A DNA stretch of 64,000 bases from Heptranchias perlo (GCF_035084215.1 NC_090352.1:31620001-31684000), one strand, 5' to 3'. Counted from the stretch's first letter, positions 36,106 to 48,474 are shown. Made by a program: numbers and translations. Notes: a model not told the origin generated them from the sequence alone.

Positions 36106-37339
36106 AGTGGGCAAAAATGAAAATTAAACTCATCTCTTTTATAGGTAGGTAGTATCCGCATCCTAAAATGTGTTAGACATCAATCGATGAACACTATGCA
36201 GGAACAAGTCAGTGTAATGTATGTTCTGCTTGTGAAGCCGACGCACTTCCCGTAAAAGTCCATATGCATCAAAGAATCTCATGCAGTCAGTGCAATGCAT
36301 TCATGCACATTGTTGAATCATTGGCTTACAAGTGCAGTAAGGGTTGAGTTGATTTATGCAGAGCACATACAGAGAGAACATTGTAAGGATTATGTAGATT
36401 TAACTTGCCTGTTCTTCCGTCAGTGCCATGACACTTTATGAGAGTTCAGGTAAAACCAGTTAAAGTCATTCTAACCCAGTTCCAGCTATGTTTTTATTGG
36501 TCTTACAAAGACCCTAGTATTGCAAAATGTCCGTCACTCATTAGTCAGTGGTAGCAGTGTTGTTTGAAGAGCTGTGTATCATAAAAACTGCCTAAGACCA
36601 ATATAATTGGGTTTACTTTTGAACAGCTTTATTAGCCACCGTGTTGTTTCTTTAAATATATATATATTATTGTGATGCAATGCGAAATGCATGAGGTGTA
36701 GTTTAGCTGCTTGGAGTCATGATGCTAAAATAAAAGTTTTGCTGATATGAGGGAAAAATCAGGTTAGTAAAACTGATATATTTTTTAAAATGTTTTACTT
36801 TTTTTCCATGGAAGAATTTTTCCGAGTAATTTCTCCCTTTTTCTGTAATTTTTCTCCCCTTTTTTCTTTGTTCATCTCATCTGACACACAGCCAAAAGAG
36901 TGGGCGCATAGTCTACTGGTCCCAATGGCCCTCTAACCAGCTGCTGGGCAGTAGCAGGGGCCACCCAGGTGTGACTCTCCTCTTTAACCTTCTGGTACTC
37001 CCTGCTGAGAGACACAGCTCAGATTCCCAATCCTGCTGAGTTCCCGTTATCAACTGTGGCACCATGAAGATCTGCCAGGCAGATGAGCATCTCCAAACAC
37101 AGAGGGATGTCAAGAGGAGAGCTGTTTCTGACACATTCCCTTGGTGTATTGTTCAAAGGTTCCATTCTGCTCTCAACTCAGGGTGGTGTCTGGCTTGGGG
37201 AGAAAAATAAGAAGGCAAGCACTCTAAAAGGCAGATACGTTGGTATATTGACTTAACTAATGCTGTTCTTTAGCTAGCAATGCACGAGAACAACCTGAGT
37301 TGACTTGTCTGTCGGTTTCTTCCTGTCTCCCTGGCTGTG

Positions 37340-37803
37340 GTCAGCCATGACTCAGTGGTAGCATTCTTACCTCTGAGTCAGAAGGTTGTGGGTTCAAGTC
37401 CCACTGCAGAGACTTGAGCACAAATTCTAGGCTGATACTTTTGGTGCAGTGGTGAGGGAGTGCTGCACTGTTGGAGGTATCTTTCAGATGAGATGTTAAA
37501 CCGAGGCCCCGCCTGTTCTCTCAGGTGGACGTAAAAGATCCCATGGCACTATTTGAAGAACAGGGGAGTCCTCCCTGGTGCCCTAGCCAATATTTATCTC
37601 TCAACCCACATCACTAATACAGATTGTCTGGTCATTTATTTCATTGCTTTTTGTGGGACCTTGCTGTACACAAATTGGCTGCCACATTTCTTACATTACA
37701 ACCGTGACTACACTTCAAAACTACTTCATTGGTTGTAAAGCACTTTGGGATGTCCTGACGTCGTGAAAAGCGCTAAATAAATGCAAGTCATGTTTCTTTT
37801 CTT
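37340..37803 (+). mobile_element. Full-length tRNA-derived DeuSINE (SacSINE1-like)
   Basis: A-box-like TGACTCAGTGG and B-box GGTTCAAGTCC; Deu-like GTAAAAGATCCCATGGCACT; L2-like tail AAATGCAAGT. Confidence 0.85.
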
Positions 37804-37890
37804 TGATTGGGAACTCATTTAGGAGACTAAGGCTGAAGTTGCAAGCAGCCCTTCTGCTGTTTTCACCTGCAGATCTACCTAAATGTGAAA

Positions 37891-37927
37891 TCACAAGCTT
37901 TCGGAGCTTTGCTTCTTCATCAGGTGA
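37891..37927 (-). ncRNA. Minimal hammerhead motif (left arm)
   Basis: UCAC-CUGAUGA-A-GAAGC-AAA-GCUCC-GAAA-GC-UU-GUGA; one stem-II mismatch. Confidence 0.6.
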
Positions 37928-39067
37928 GTGAAGGGTTACATAAAGGCACAGCATATATAGTCAGAGAACAATGCCTGGAGATTACAGATAATCTTTCTAA
38001 CTGCCCTTTATCACACCTCGGCAGAGAGATAATCACAGCAATCAAAGGAGTGAATGGTGTTCAGACAGGTTGGTCAGGGAAACATTACATCCAAGAATAC
38101 TGAATACACAAGGGGTCAAATCACAAAGACAGAGAGAGAGAGAGAGAGAGACCAGAAAGACAGAGAGAGAGAGAGAGAGAGAGATAGAATGACCAGTTGT
38201 ATTAAAAACAGATAACTTTTTTTCGCTGTATATGGAGAACAAACCAACTACGACTTGAGTCTGGATGACTCTACGTCAGGTGGGGTTACATGTAGCGTGA
38301 CATGAACCCATGATCCCAGTTGAGGCCGTCCTCATGGGTGCGGAACTTGGCTATCAATTTCTGCTCGACGATTTTGCGTTGTCGTGTGTCTCGAAGGCCG
38401 CCTTGGAGAACGCTTACCCAAAGATCGGAGGCTGAATGTCTTTGACTGCTGAAGTGTTCCCCGACTGGGTACATTGGCGAGACCATGCAGACACTGCTAC
38501 AATGGATGAACGGACACCGCACAACAATCGCCAGACAGGAGGGTTCCCTCCCAGTCGGGGAACACTTCAGCAGTCAAGGACATTCAGCCTCTGATCTTTG
38601 GGTAAGTGTTCTCCAAGGCGGCCTTCGAGACACACGACAACGCAAAATCGTCGAGCAGAAATTGATAGCCAAGTTCCGCACCCATGAGGACGGCCTCAAC
38701 CGGGATCTTGGGTTCATGTCACGCTACATGTAACCCCACCTGACGTAGAGTCATCCAGACTCAAGTCGTAGTTGGCTTGTTCTCCATACACAGCGAAAAA
38801 AAGTTATATGTTTTTAATACAACTGGTCATTCTCTCTCTCTGTCTTTCTGGTCTCTCTCTCTCTGTCTTTGTGATTTGACCCCTTGTGTACTCAGTATTC
38901 TTGGATGTAATGTTTCCCTGACCAACCTGTCTGAACACCATTCACTCCTTTGATTGCTGTGATTATCTCTCTGCCGAGGTGTGATAAAGGGCAGTTAGAA
39001 AGATTATCTGTAATCTCCAGGCATTGTTCTCTGACTATATATGCTGTGCCTTATTGTAACCCTTCAC

Positions 39068-39104
39068 TCACCTGACGAAGGAGCAAAACTCCGAAAGCTT
39101 GTGA
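39068..39104 (+). ncRNA. Minimal hammerhead motif (right arm)
   Basis: UCAC-CUGACGA-A-GGAG-CAAAA-CUCC-GAAA-GC-UU-GUGA. Confidence 0.65.
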
Positions 39105-39763
39105 TTTCAAATAAAGCTGTTGGACTATAACCTGGTGTTGTGCGACTCCTTACATTTGTCCACCCCAGTCCATCATCGGCATCTCCACATCATACCTAAA
39201 TGTGCTCACTTGGAGTTTAAGACATTAACTTTCTTTTTTCCCTCACCTATTTCTTCCCCTCCCGTCCTCTCCTGAAATCATTGACACCTTGCTGGGCCAC
39301 AGTTTTACAGCAGCCAGTTGCCCCCCTGCTACCTTCACCCATCTAGCCTTTTTCTAATTATGTTTGAGCCCAAACAGTGAGTATCAGGGGGCTAGTCCAC
39401 TGCACAGGCATCACAACTGAATCTGATCCTGTCCTCATCCAGCATCCAAATTCACAATCGGGAGTGGGAATCTTGGTTGATTTTCCCCTCCTTAACCCTG
39501 GGGCTCTTAGGCAAATTGTAGTGCTCCCATTGGAGCCTCAGGCTGAGATCAGCTGTGCTGTTTTATTTTACAAACAGCAATATTCTTCCTAAACAAGGGT
39601 GAAAAGCGTGATTGTGTTTTCTCTGCTTCAAAGAAGGTTACTTGCCTTTGTTTTGGGAAACCAGCTTTGCTAATTACGTTAATATGCTAATTGTAAGTGC
39701 TAGCTCCTGGGTTTTGCAAGTGTTAACAGAATGTGATTCTGCAAATTAGTCCCTGGCATTAAA

Positions 39764-39967
39764 ACAAAAAGGAAAAACTGCAAATACTGGAAATCTGAAA
39801 TAAAGCAATCAGTGCTGGAAATAACGTAGCAGGCCTGTCAGCATCTATAAAAAGAAAAGATAGGTTATGACATTTCGGGTGTTCTGCTGAAGAAAACACC
39901 ACTGACATAACCTGTCTTTTCACTTTACAGATACTACCTGATCTCCTGAGCATTTTTTGTTTTTATT
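39764..39967. mobile_element. Old palindromic element of the 12680-type family
   Basis: 12-bp TSD CCTGGCATTAAA at 39752-39763 and 39968-39979. Shares CTGGAAATCTGAAATAAA...GCAGCATCT blocks and has degenerate inverted arms. Another old copy lies near 50500-50660. Confidence 0.7.
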
Positions 39968-41999
39968 CCTGGCATTAAATTCAGAATTATTTATATTAAG
40001 TTTGCCATTGTGTAATAAGAGACATAAAATGTGTTTTTGTTTTGTGTCTTAATTGGTAGTTATGTGTGAAAGCAACCAGATGAGATGTTCCAAATCAACC
40101 TAATGTGTCATTGGTGTTAAGGGTGTAGCTTTGTACATCTAAGATGAAAAAGATTCATAACAGACAAAATATTGCATTATTGTAATTTAAGTTTTGTACA
40201 AGCTTTCTCTAGCTGAGCAATCAGATGAATATTTTTAGATACAATCATTGGAGTATAGATTCATGGACATTTTAAGATTTATTTAATTCACACATCAAAG
40301 GGAATTGGAGTATCGGTCTGATTTGTCTATTTTATTCCAAAAGATTGTTTTAACTGGTGGAGAAGGGTTTATGAGAGCTCTGATGAACTTTGTTTGAAAT
40401 CCGTGTTGCCTTGTACTCTTAGTAGTCTAATTCTCTGCATTTTACAGCTCCATCTGAGAATGTAAATAAATTTGATTAGTTATTTTAACCTGTCAGATCA
40501 CTATTCTGTGTGTAATATTTCCACCTACCTGGAGTGACTTTGAGAACGTCACACAAGACTGACTACATTAAAATCCAGTAGCAGTACCACAATTATCCTC
40601 AGGTCCATGCTCTCTGTGGGGGCAGAAAGCAAAAAGTTGCAGATTTCAAATCATAAAGGACATAGCCCACTTAGGGAAACTGTTATCAGGCATTGGGCAA
40701 GAAAATGATTCAAAAGAACCCAGAACTTCAGTAATATCAGCTTCTGACCTGCAGCCTGAAACTTACAAACATTTTCCAATCTGTAGGGTTCCCTCACCAA
40801 ATAACAATTAAACTCTGGTTCTCTTGAGGTTCGGTTTACTTAACAACAATTAGATTTTGTGGCCTTAGAGGGACATAGCTTCACCTTAGCAGCAGAATAA
40901 AACATTGAACATTACATGGTACTACATTTCCACCTTATAAAACTGCATCCAGCAGTGCGATGGCGGGAAACATGCCAGAGCCCGTGTATCTCGTTTGCAT
41001 ACATTTACTTTACAACTCACCCACAGATGGGCAGACACAGTTGCACCCCACCCCCTGGACCAGCCAGTGGAAAGCAGTGGGGATCCAGTGTAGTGCGTCT
41101 CCAAGTTGCTTTTCACTTCCACCAGCCCTAGATCCATTGAAAAAGCAGTGGGGAGAGCAGCCTAGGCTGACAAGTTTTGTTTAAAATAGATGTCAGAGGA
41201 GGAATACAGAGCATGAAGGACTCAAGATTTGATCCCTGATCTATGTTGAGTTAGCTGGGGCTATATTTGATCTTAGCACCCCCATGGTCGGGAGGGACAA
41301 AAATAGCCAGACTACCTGCTCCTGATCATCGTCCAGAGAACCCTGCTGGAAAGTATATAATAGAATCATAGAGCACAGAAATAGGCCATTCGGCCCATCG
41401 TGCCAGTGCTGGCTCTTTGAAAGAGATGTCCAATTAGTCCTACTACCCTGCAGGCATATTAAGGATGACTGTTTGAGTCATCTGCTGGCCATTCAACCCT
41501 ACCCTAAGCATGACCCAACACCTTCAGAATAAGCTGGTGGGGCATCATTGATAAATAAATAAACAGAACCAAGGGCAGCAGTGAATCATGGGGCTGAGAT
41601 TAAGTTTCAGTTGCATGATTTGATTTTAAAAAAGGGGATTGTTGTTTTGCAGAACTGTAATTGAGTCACTGTATAAAATTATTACTGTAAACATTTAATT
41701 CTGTGGTGGCTCACTTTCAGCTTTGGGAATTCTGGATTTTTTTCCAAAAGGAGCCAGATGTAATTCTGAATGTTTATTCCGGTCTTCCTGAGACCAAACA
41801 ATATTCGTCATAATCTGTGATTTTTGTCCAAAGCTAGAATTTTATTCGTCCTAAGAACTGGTAAAAGGGACTATATTTATTACTAAATATTTACTGATTT
41901 AACACAACTTTCGTGCCCCCATGCCTTTCAGCATTTAGATTGTGTTCTGTTACTCCTTTCTAAATCTCCTTCAGCACCCAAAGCGTTAAGGAAAATGTG

Positions 42000-44420
42000 C
42001 CTGCCGTTTGTGACGTCTAGTTGTCGAGGTTAAAACCACCCCTCTTCTCCCGTGCTCTCGCCTGTTGCAATAATGTGTTTACTGAAAATTCTGCCTCATT
42101 AATACATCGTGATCGTTGTCCACCAGCGCGCAGATAGTTAGGAACCGTACCGCAAGGAACTAGCTGAAACTTGAACATTATTCCACGAGTCGACCTGTAA
42201 TTGACCATGGCTAGAATCCAGAGCCAGATCCCACCCCTTTAAATATCACGCGTCGAGTTTGATCCAAGCTCCGCCTTCACCACGTTGTTCTTTTGCTGTT
42301 TTGTCAAACACGATTTTACACTCTTCCGCATCCTCTGCCTCCCAACACCACACCCTCCCGAGTCCGAAGCGCCACCATTTTGTACTTTTCTTACAAAAAT
42401 GCATGATCACGTTGCAATTTTTATGCACAGATAGCCCAAGAACGTCCCCTCTAACCCACACACAAACCTGTGGAGCATAGCGAGCACGTTGGGCTGCTGC
42501 GATTACCAGTCAAGTAACGTGTCCGTGTGTCTATGTTACAGACACACATATATTCAAAAGACCATTAACAATCACGAATCCTCTATAATAAGCGCCCTTA
42601 TATATAACAGTAACTCTAACCCTAAATTAATGGGATCGTCTCCGGAAATAACAGCTAAAAAGTTATTTTCAATAACCGCGGTCGTCGCTTAATTTTAATA
42701 AAACCTCCTACAGATTAACGCAGATGGGCGTCCATGTGAAAATACTACTGTTAAGCTGTTCTCCAGCGCGATTGGTGTGACTGTCGGGGCGGATCAAATG
42801 AGATGTAAATGAGCAGCACGGTTCCGTGCCGTGCTGGTTGTTTGGAAACACTGGTGAATTTCTGTCGAACACTCTGATTCAATTGGCTACATTGCAGCCT
42901 TCGGACTGTTACTTAACGTCGGATTGCTGGAACGCGGCGCTTCCGCAATGAGTTCGAACCCGATTCTATAAAAAAGAGCCGCCAGGAATTGAAGAGTTTT
43001 AAAACAACATTATTTTAAAACATCTCCCGTTTCGGTGTAAGATCTAGGACGTAGTTTGCGTCGGACTGCTAGTGGGCAGTATTACCGCTTGTTGTGATTA
43101 CTGGATTTTTGGGGCTGTATACTGCGCCATCTTGAGACTTCTTTTTTTTTCCCCTCTTCTCCCTCCCTCCCTCCCTCATCTGGAAGATTCCGGGGGTTTA
43201 AAGGATATTTCGTTCTCTCTTTGATCTGGTCTACTGGGCCTGTATAAGGCAACCAAATTAAAACGTAAACCCCCTCCTCTCTTTCTTGGCCGCCCGCCCC
43301 CCAACCGCAAAAAAAAAAGAAAAAAAAAATCGCCCAGTTTTTTTTTTAAGTGATTGATAGGATCGAGCATGAGTATCGAAACGCTGCTGGAAGCTGCGAG
43401 GTTTTTGGAATGGCAGGCGCAACAACAGAAAACACGTGGTAAGAGAGCGCATGGATGTAACATTTCTCTCTCTCTGACCAATGCGGATGCTTGTCTCTTT
43501 CTTGTTGTGCTGGCTCGGGTTCCAGAAAATCCGTGTAGCCTCTCATTTGTTACATGATCCTCTTTAGACTGTTACACTTTGGGTGTTACATTTTTATTGT
43601 TACATATGATGGTACTACGAATTGAAATAATGTTTTTGGCAGGAAAACAGAACCCGATCATTTTAATTGAGATTTTAAAAAAAATAGTCCTCTTATATGA
43701 AATGTCGCTTTTTCAGTAAAGCAGCGTAAACTAATTGGGAGAAATTACCAGTCGGCATCATTCTAGCAATCGGATGTAACTGACAGGAACATTTATTTTT
43801 CTTTAGTAGGGTATGTACAGTGGGAAACCCACACATTAGCAATAAAATTGACACGTGGAAATGTTCGGATGTTGGATAACACCGTCAGATCGAAGCTGTA
43901 CTGTACACCAAAAGCAGCCGATTCCACTTCATGTGTGAGGAATTTTTTTTTCCAGAGGCAGGGCGGAGGCAGACGTGCAAAAATACTGTAGTCTGTTTGC
44001 ATAATGACGCGTCGTGGCACATGGGGTGTCATATGATACTCAGTGGTTCCTTTTTTTGTTGCAATGTTCAACAGTCACGATTTTAATAAATCGGATATTC
44101 TCCGATTGTTGAATGCAACAAGGGACGAGAGGCACGGTGGAGGGAAATACATTGTACTGAAGGATGTCGCAGAGCCGGGCTACTGGTATCTCCCGAGCCC
44201 TATCTCCACGAGCTTTTGTTAATAATAGTAGCAGTGTATTTTGTTCGGGGTGACGTGTCTGACTCCTCCCCACTACCACGTGCGTCGGGGCGAGCCTGCC
44301 TCTTGTAAATTTCAGACCCACTTGTTACCCTTTTTAACCTGTCTAATGATATTTTGTATTATACATGTACATATCGTGGTACGATTTCTGTTGCAACTGT
44401 TCAGTTGTCGATTGATTGAG
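42000..44420 (+). promoter_or_regulatory. CpG-enriched MNT promoter and first-intron region
   Basis: CpG density is visibly higher than in the flanks. Motifs: inverted CCAAT (42771, 42882), GC box GGGGCGG (42786), TATAAAAA (42967), YY1-like CGCCATCTT (43125), and several E-boxes. Confidence 0.8.
43369..43438 (+). CDS. MNT: MNT (MAX network transcriptional repressor) coding exon 1, Sin3-interaction domain
   Basis: MSIETLLEAARFLEWQAQQQKTR is the MNT N-terminus with its SID. Phase-1 donor G|gtaaga. Confidence 0.96.
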
Positions 44421-46101
44421 CATCAAGCAGTCTACTCCCTTGATCTGATTTACAGCATGCAAATCCGCTTTTGATTTTCCTTTAAATTCCAGCTTGCTGT
44501 CACACAGTCATATTTCCTTGTGGACGTGGGCAGTGATGAGACAGTAAGTCTTATTAAATCCCCTTCCACCTATAATACGCCATGTGTAGTCTTGCTTTGT
44601 AACCACCAAACCATCCTCAACAAAAAAACCTTTTCGGTTAAATCAAATGATAGAAGAGTAACATAGCTTAACGCGTGTATAGTGCTTAAACGTAGAGTTT
44701 TTAAAGAATGCTGAAAAATCATTGATACAATGGGTTAAAACATTATTTTTTAAGGGGGAGAAATAAATACCCTCCATAGTGTTGTTTAACACTCATGGGC
44801 TAAGATTTTCTCTCTGCCCCAGGTGTGGTAAAACCACAAACCCCGTTTTTCTAAATAGGTTTATAATTTTGCTGCACCCCTAGGTCAGAGAGGATTCCCC
44901 CTTTCTGAGACACCAAATTCGGAAGTGAGTTTGGTAGTCTCACCGTGCTTTTTAATTGTAAGTGGCCTTCACTTTTGATACTCGTTTATACTGTTATTAA
45001 TTCTCTTTTTAAAAAAAAGTGGGTGTTGATGGCGTAACCGGAGGGAATGGCCAAGAGGGGTTATTAATCCCAGTGTGAGGGAGTTGCATTAATCTCAGTA
45101 GGTACACAGTCGTTAATCCAAGGCACTTTTTACATGATAGCAGATCAGCCAGAGCCACACCTGCAGGTCTCCCTCCCTCCGTCAGCTGCATTCGTGGGTG
45201 TAAACAAGCTGGAGTCAGGGAGCTGCCAACATCGTAGGCCCATCAAAAACCCTGGCCAGCAGAAGTGCTTTGGGGGGCTTAGGCTGCGGGTTTCAGTGAG
45301 ATCAAATATGAGAAGCCGGTCCTTTGAGTTTGTACTCGGGATTCTCCACGTGACACAGCGGAGTCCAACACACATACAGAGAAAGATTCCTGGTGTGTAG
45401 TGGGAAAGTCGGAGAGTGGGCTCATCGAAATCTCTCTCCTGAAACACAATCTTCGAGTACCTTTTAAAATTGAATACATGCACTTCCACTTTATCATTTT
45501 TAAACATTCTTTCCCAGGACGATGACATCTGTACATTGTCTTTTATTTTGTCTGCTGATTGTCAGAGGGATGCAAATGGTCAACGCCAGCTTGTTTCAAC
45601 TGGAGCAGATCCTTAGACCCACATTTTTGCTGGTGGGTTGTCTGTAGTGGGGGGGGGGGGGGTTCATTTATATTTGGGAGCAGACAGTGGGAGACCTGTG
45701 TGTCATGTTTGACTGCACTGCTCTGCTGCAAAAATACTTTGTGCTAATTCAGCTATTTCACCTTTTCAGGCTCTGTATTCCTTCACTTGCAGGTTAAAAA
45801 TAAATATTCAACCAAAAACGACTTGATAGGTATATTCCATACAGTGAGCAAAGCAGACTAGGTAGCGCCCTGATTTGGCTCTCTATGATCTCAGCTGAAT
45901 GGCTACAACTGGCTTTTGTCTTTCTGGAATAGGAAGAGGGGAAGAATCAACCTGGGCTTCCACCCCTGATTGCCCAGTCACCTCTGCTGGAAAGTGTGGA
46001 TGTTAGTTGGGAACAGGATGGGGCTTAGGTCTGATTTCCCTCTGCCCCCACAACCTTGATGAAACAGCCAGCAGAACTTGCATTCTAGGCTTGTGAATGA
46101 T

Positions 46102-46556
46102 AAGAACGAAAGAACTTGCATTTATATAACATTATACACGACCTCAGGACGTCCCAAAGTGCTTTACAGCCAATTAACTGCTTTTTGACGTGTAGTCACT
46201 GTTGTAATGTAGGAAACGCGGCAGCCAATTTACTCACAGCAAGCTCCCACAAACAGCACTGAGATAGATGACCAGATAATCTGTTTCTGTGATGTTGGTT
46301 GAGGGATAAATATTGGCCAGGACACCCCGGGTCTTCTTTGAAATAACGGTGTGGGATCTTTTGCTTCCACCTTAGAGGGCAGACAGAGCCTTGGTTCAAT
46401 GTCTCATCCAAAAGATGGAACCACTGACGGTGCAGAACTCTCTCAGTACTGCACTGGAGTGTCAGCCGAGATTTTGTGCTCAAGTCGCTGGAGTGCAGCT
46501 TGAGCCCATGACTTTCTGACTCCGAGGTGAGAGTGTACAACCGAGCCACAGCTGAC
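46102..46556 (-). mobile_element. Full-length DeuSINE (SacSINE1-like) in MNT intron 1
   Basis: Reverse complement of the 37340 copy from tail to tRNA head. Confidence 0.85.
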
Positions 46557-48474
46557 ACCTACTAGCTATTTGGGCACAATAGCCAAGGGTTTCCCTGGCA
46601 TTCACTGAACCTTAAGCCAGTCAGACTCACCACCTTAAGGAGAGAAAGAGTAAGGGAAGAAGATTTAGTTGTGGGGGGGGGATATAAAACTTTTTTAAAA
46701 ATGCTCATCAAGCTGAGGGATGTTAGTGCTGGGAATGGAACTCTTCACATTTTAAACATCCAATGTCAGCAGTAAAAACATCTTCTGGCTGTGTTACACC
46801 TGACCTGAAGAGAAAATGAAAAAACTTTGAAGTTGTAATGTTGAAGCACCCTTATACATGGGATAGTATCAGCAGAATAAAGAACATTCTCTGACACTGG
46901 ATGTATATACGACAGCATGGATATAAAGCACAAAATCCTGGAAAATACTACACTTGCCTCCTGTTGAGTGGATGGTGTCTTTGCCAGAAACAAAGTTACT
47001 CATTCACTTGCATGAAATGTTGCCAAACAAACTTATTAATTTGTTCTGTAAGAGTTCCAACTTGCAGTATTACCAGCATATTCTGGGAAGATCTGCTGTG
47101 CTCTTAGTTCCTGAGATACAGAGCACAGTCCAACCCTTGTGCAGCAATTGCTTGGGTCCATAAAGCTTAAATACTGATCAGTTTGACCAAGATCAGGATC
47201 ATAAAGTACCCTAAAGTTGCCAGTGCATGTGCTCCCATTGAGGAAAAAGAAGTGTGCCTATGAGGAGCAGGTGTTTAGCATGCTGTGTTTACAGAGTAGT
47301 AAAACACAGGTTTGTGTCCATAATTCTCAATGTCTAGTGTGTTGTCTGATGGAGGGAAGATGTAGAGGCGAGTGTGAAGCAGAAAAATGGGAAATTACCT
47401 CTTCTCTTTCCCCCCACTCCACACCCAAAGGCATTATTGTCTATCTCTTTGTGTCTGGTTACAAAGCAGCATTTGCAGGGCCTGTAGGAAGATGCCTTAC
47501 CTGAATGTGTTTTGTGCTGGGGAATCATGTGGCTTTGGGGAAGATTGGAGAAAATATCTTCCCTGACAAAAAAACCTGCAAGAATGTAATTTAAATAAAA
47601 CATCGTGCTTTAGCTATGTTCACTGCTGCTTGTAGACGGTTGAAAAGAAAAAAAATACAGGCTTGAGCCATTGATGTTTCTATGTCAAAATTGAATTTAA
47701 AAAAAAATGTGCTGTACATTATTCTTAATGTTGGACAAAGGAATTGTATCCTATGCATATAGTGTATATGATGTGATTTAAAATGTTCCTGCACTGCATG
47801 ATGTTCTGCAATTCAGTCCATAGCCTGCTCTCCATTCTAAAATGCTGTACAGTGCAGCAGTCTATTAATCTTTTACTTTTGAATGCAGGGCTATTGTTGT
47901 CAACACCCATGAAGAATAACCTGGAAATAGTAGCGTGGCTGGTTGTAATGGTGCTAGTCTTTGTGGTTGTACTTTCCAGTGTGTTATGACGAAAAATTGT
48001 ACAGGAAGAGTCCTAAAAGGGAGTAAAGGATTTTTCTTCCTGTATTTTCCCTAGCTAGAAATGTCAAGAGATCCATTTACTCGTTTAATTTTTTTGGTAA
48101 GGTGTAAAAGCCCTCTTTTCCCCTTTCCCTTTTTCTCCCTGCTCAGGATATACATCACTTGGAGTAAGAGCACGGCTGGGTGGAGACCTGCTTCTCATCA
48201 CTACTGTACTTCAGATGGTGTGCAACAGTGGTTTGGGGGTGACTCAGTGTCTCTCTCTGCTTTTTCCACCTCCATCCTGTGAGAGGAGGAGCTTCCTGGC
48301 CTCCACATAGCAACACAGCCAAGAATGGGAGCTCGGCTGATTGAATTTCATCCCCGTTCACTCTATACTGCCACACTTTTGGTAGCAGGGGAAAAAAAAG
48401 AGGTTTTAACGTCAGCACAAATGTGTACCACTTTGCTATCCCCTTATTGAATGACATTATACGATTCAATGATA

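Larger units (their letters stand above)
37888..39192. mobile_element. Palindromic Penelope insertion: a 5'-truncated sense copy (38468-39192) preceded by an inverted copy (37888-38469)
   Basis: Arms 37888-38469 and 38550-39107 are near-perfect reverse complements, and both encode the GIY-YIG C-terminus (PVGEHFSS...EDGLN). 12-bp TSD TACCTAAATGTG at 37876-37887 and 39193-39204. Confidence 0.93.

Noticed and set aside
36183-36347. Cys/His-rich short frame (QCNVCSAC...HMH...CSQC)
   Set aside because: The spacing does not fit a known zinc-finger pattern, the frame is short and has no clear exon boundaries, so it is probably chance.
45375-45383. TACAGAGAA, the METTL16 target nonamer, in MNT intron 1
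   Set aside because: About 0.5 hits are expected by chance on two strands of 64 kb, and no MAT2A-like hairpin is evident around it.
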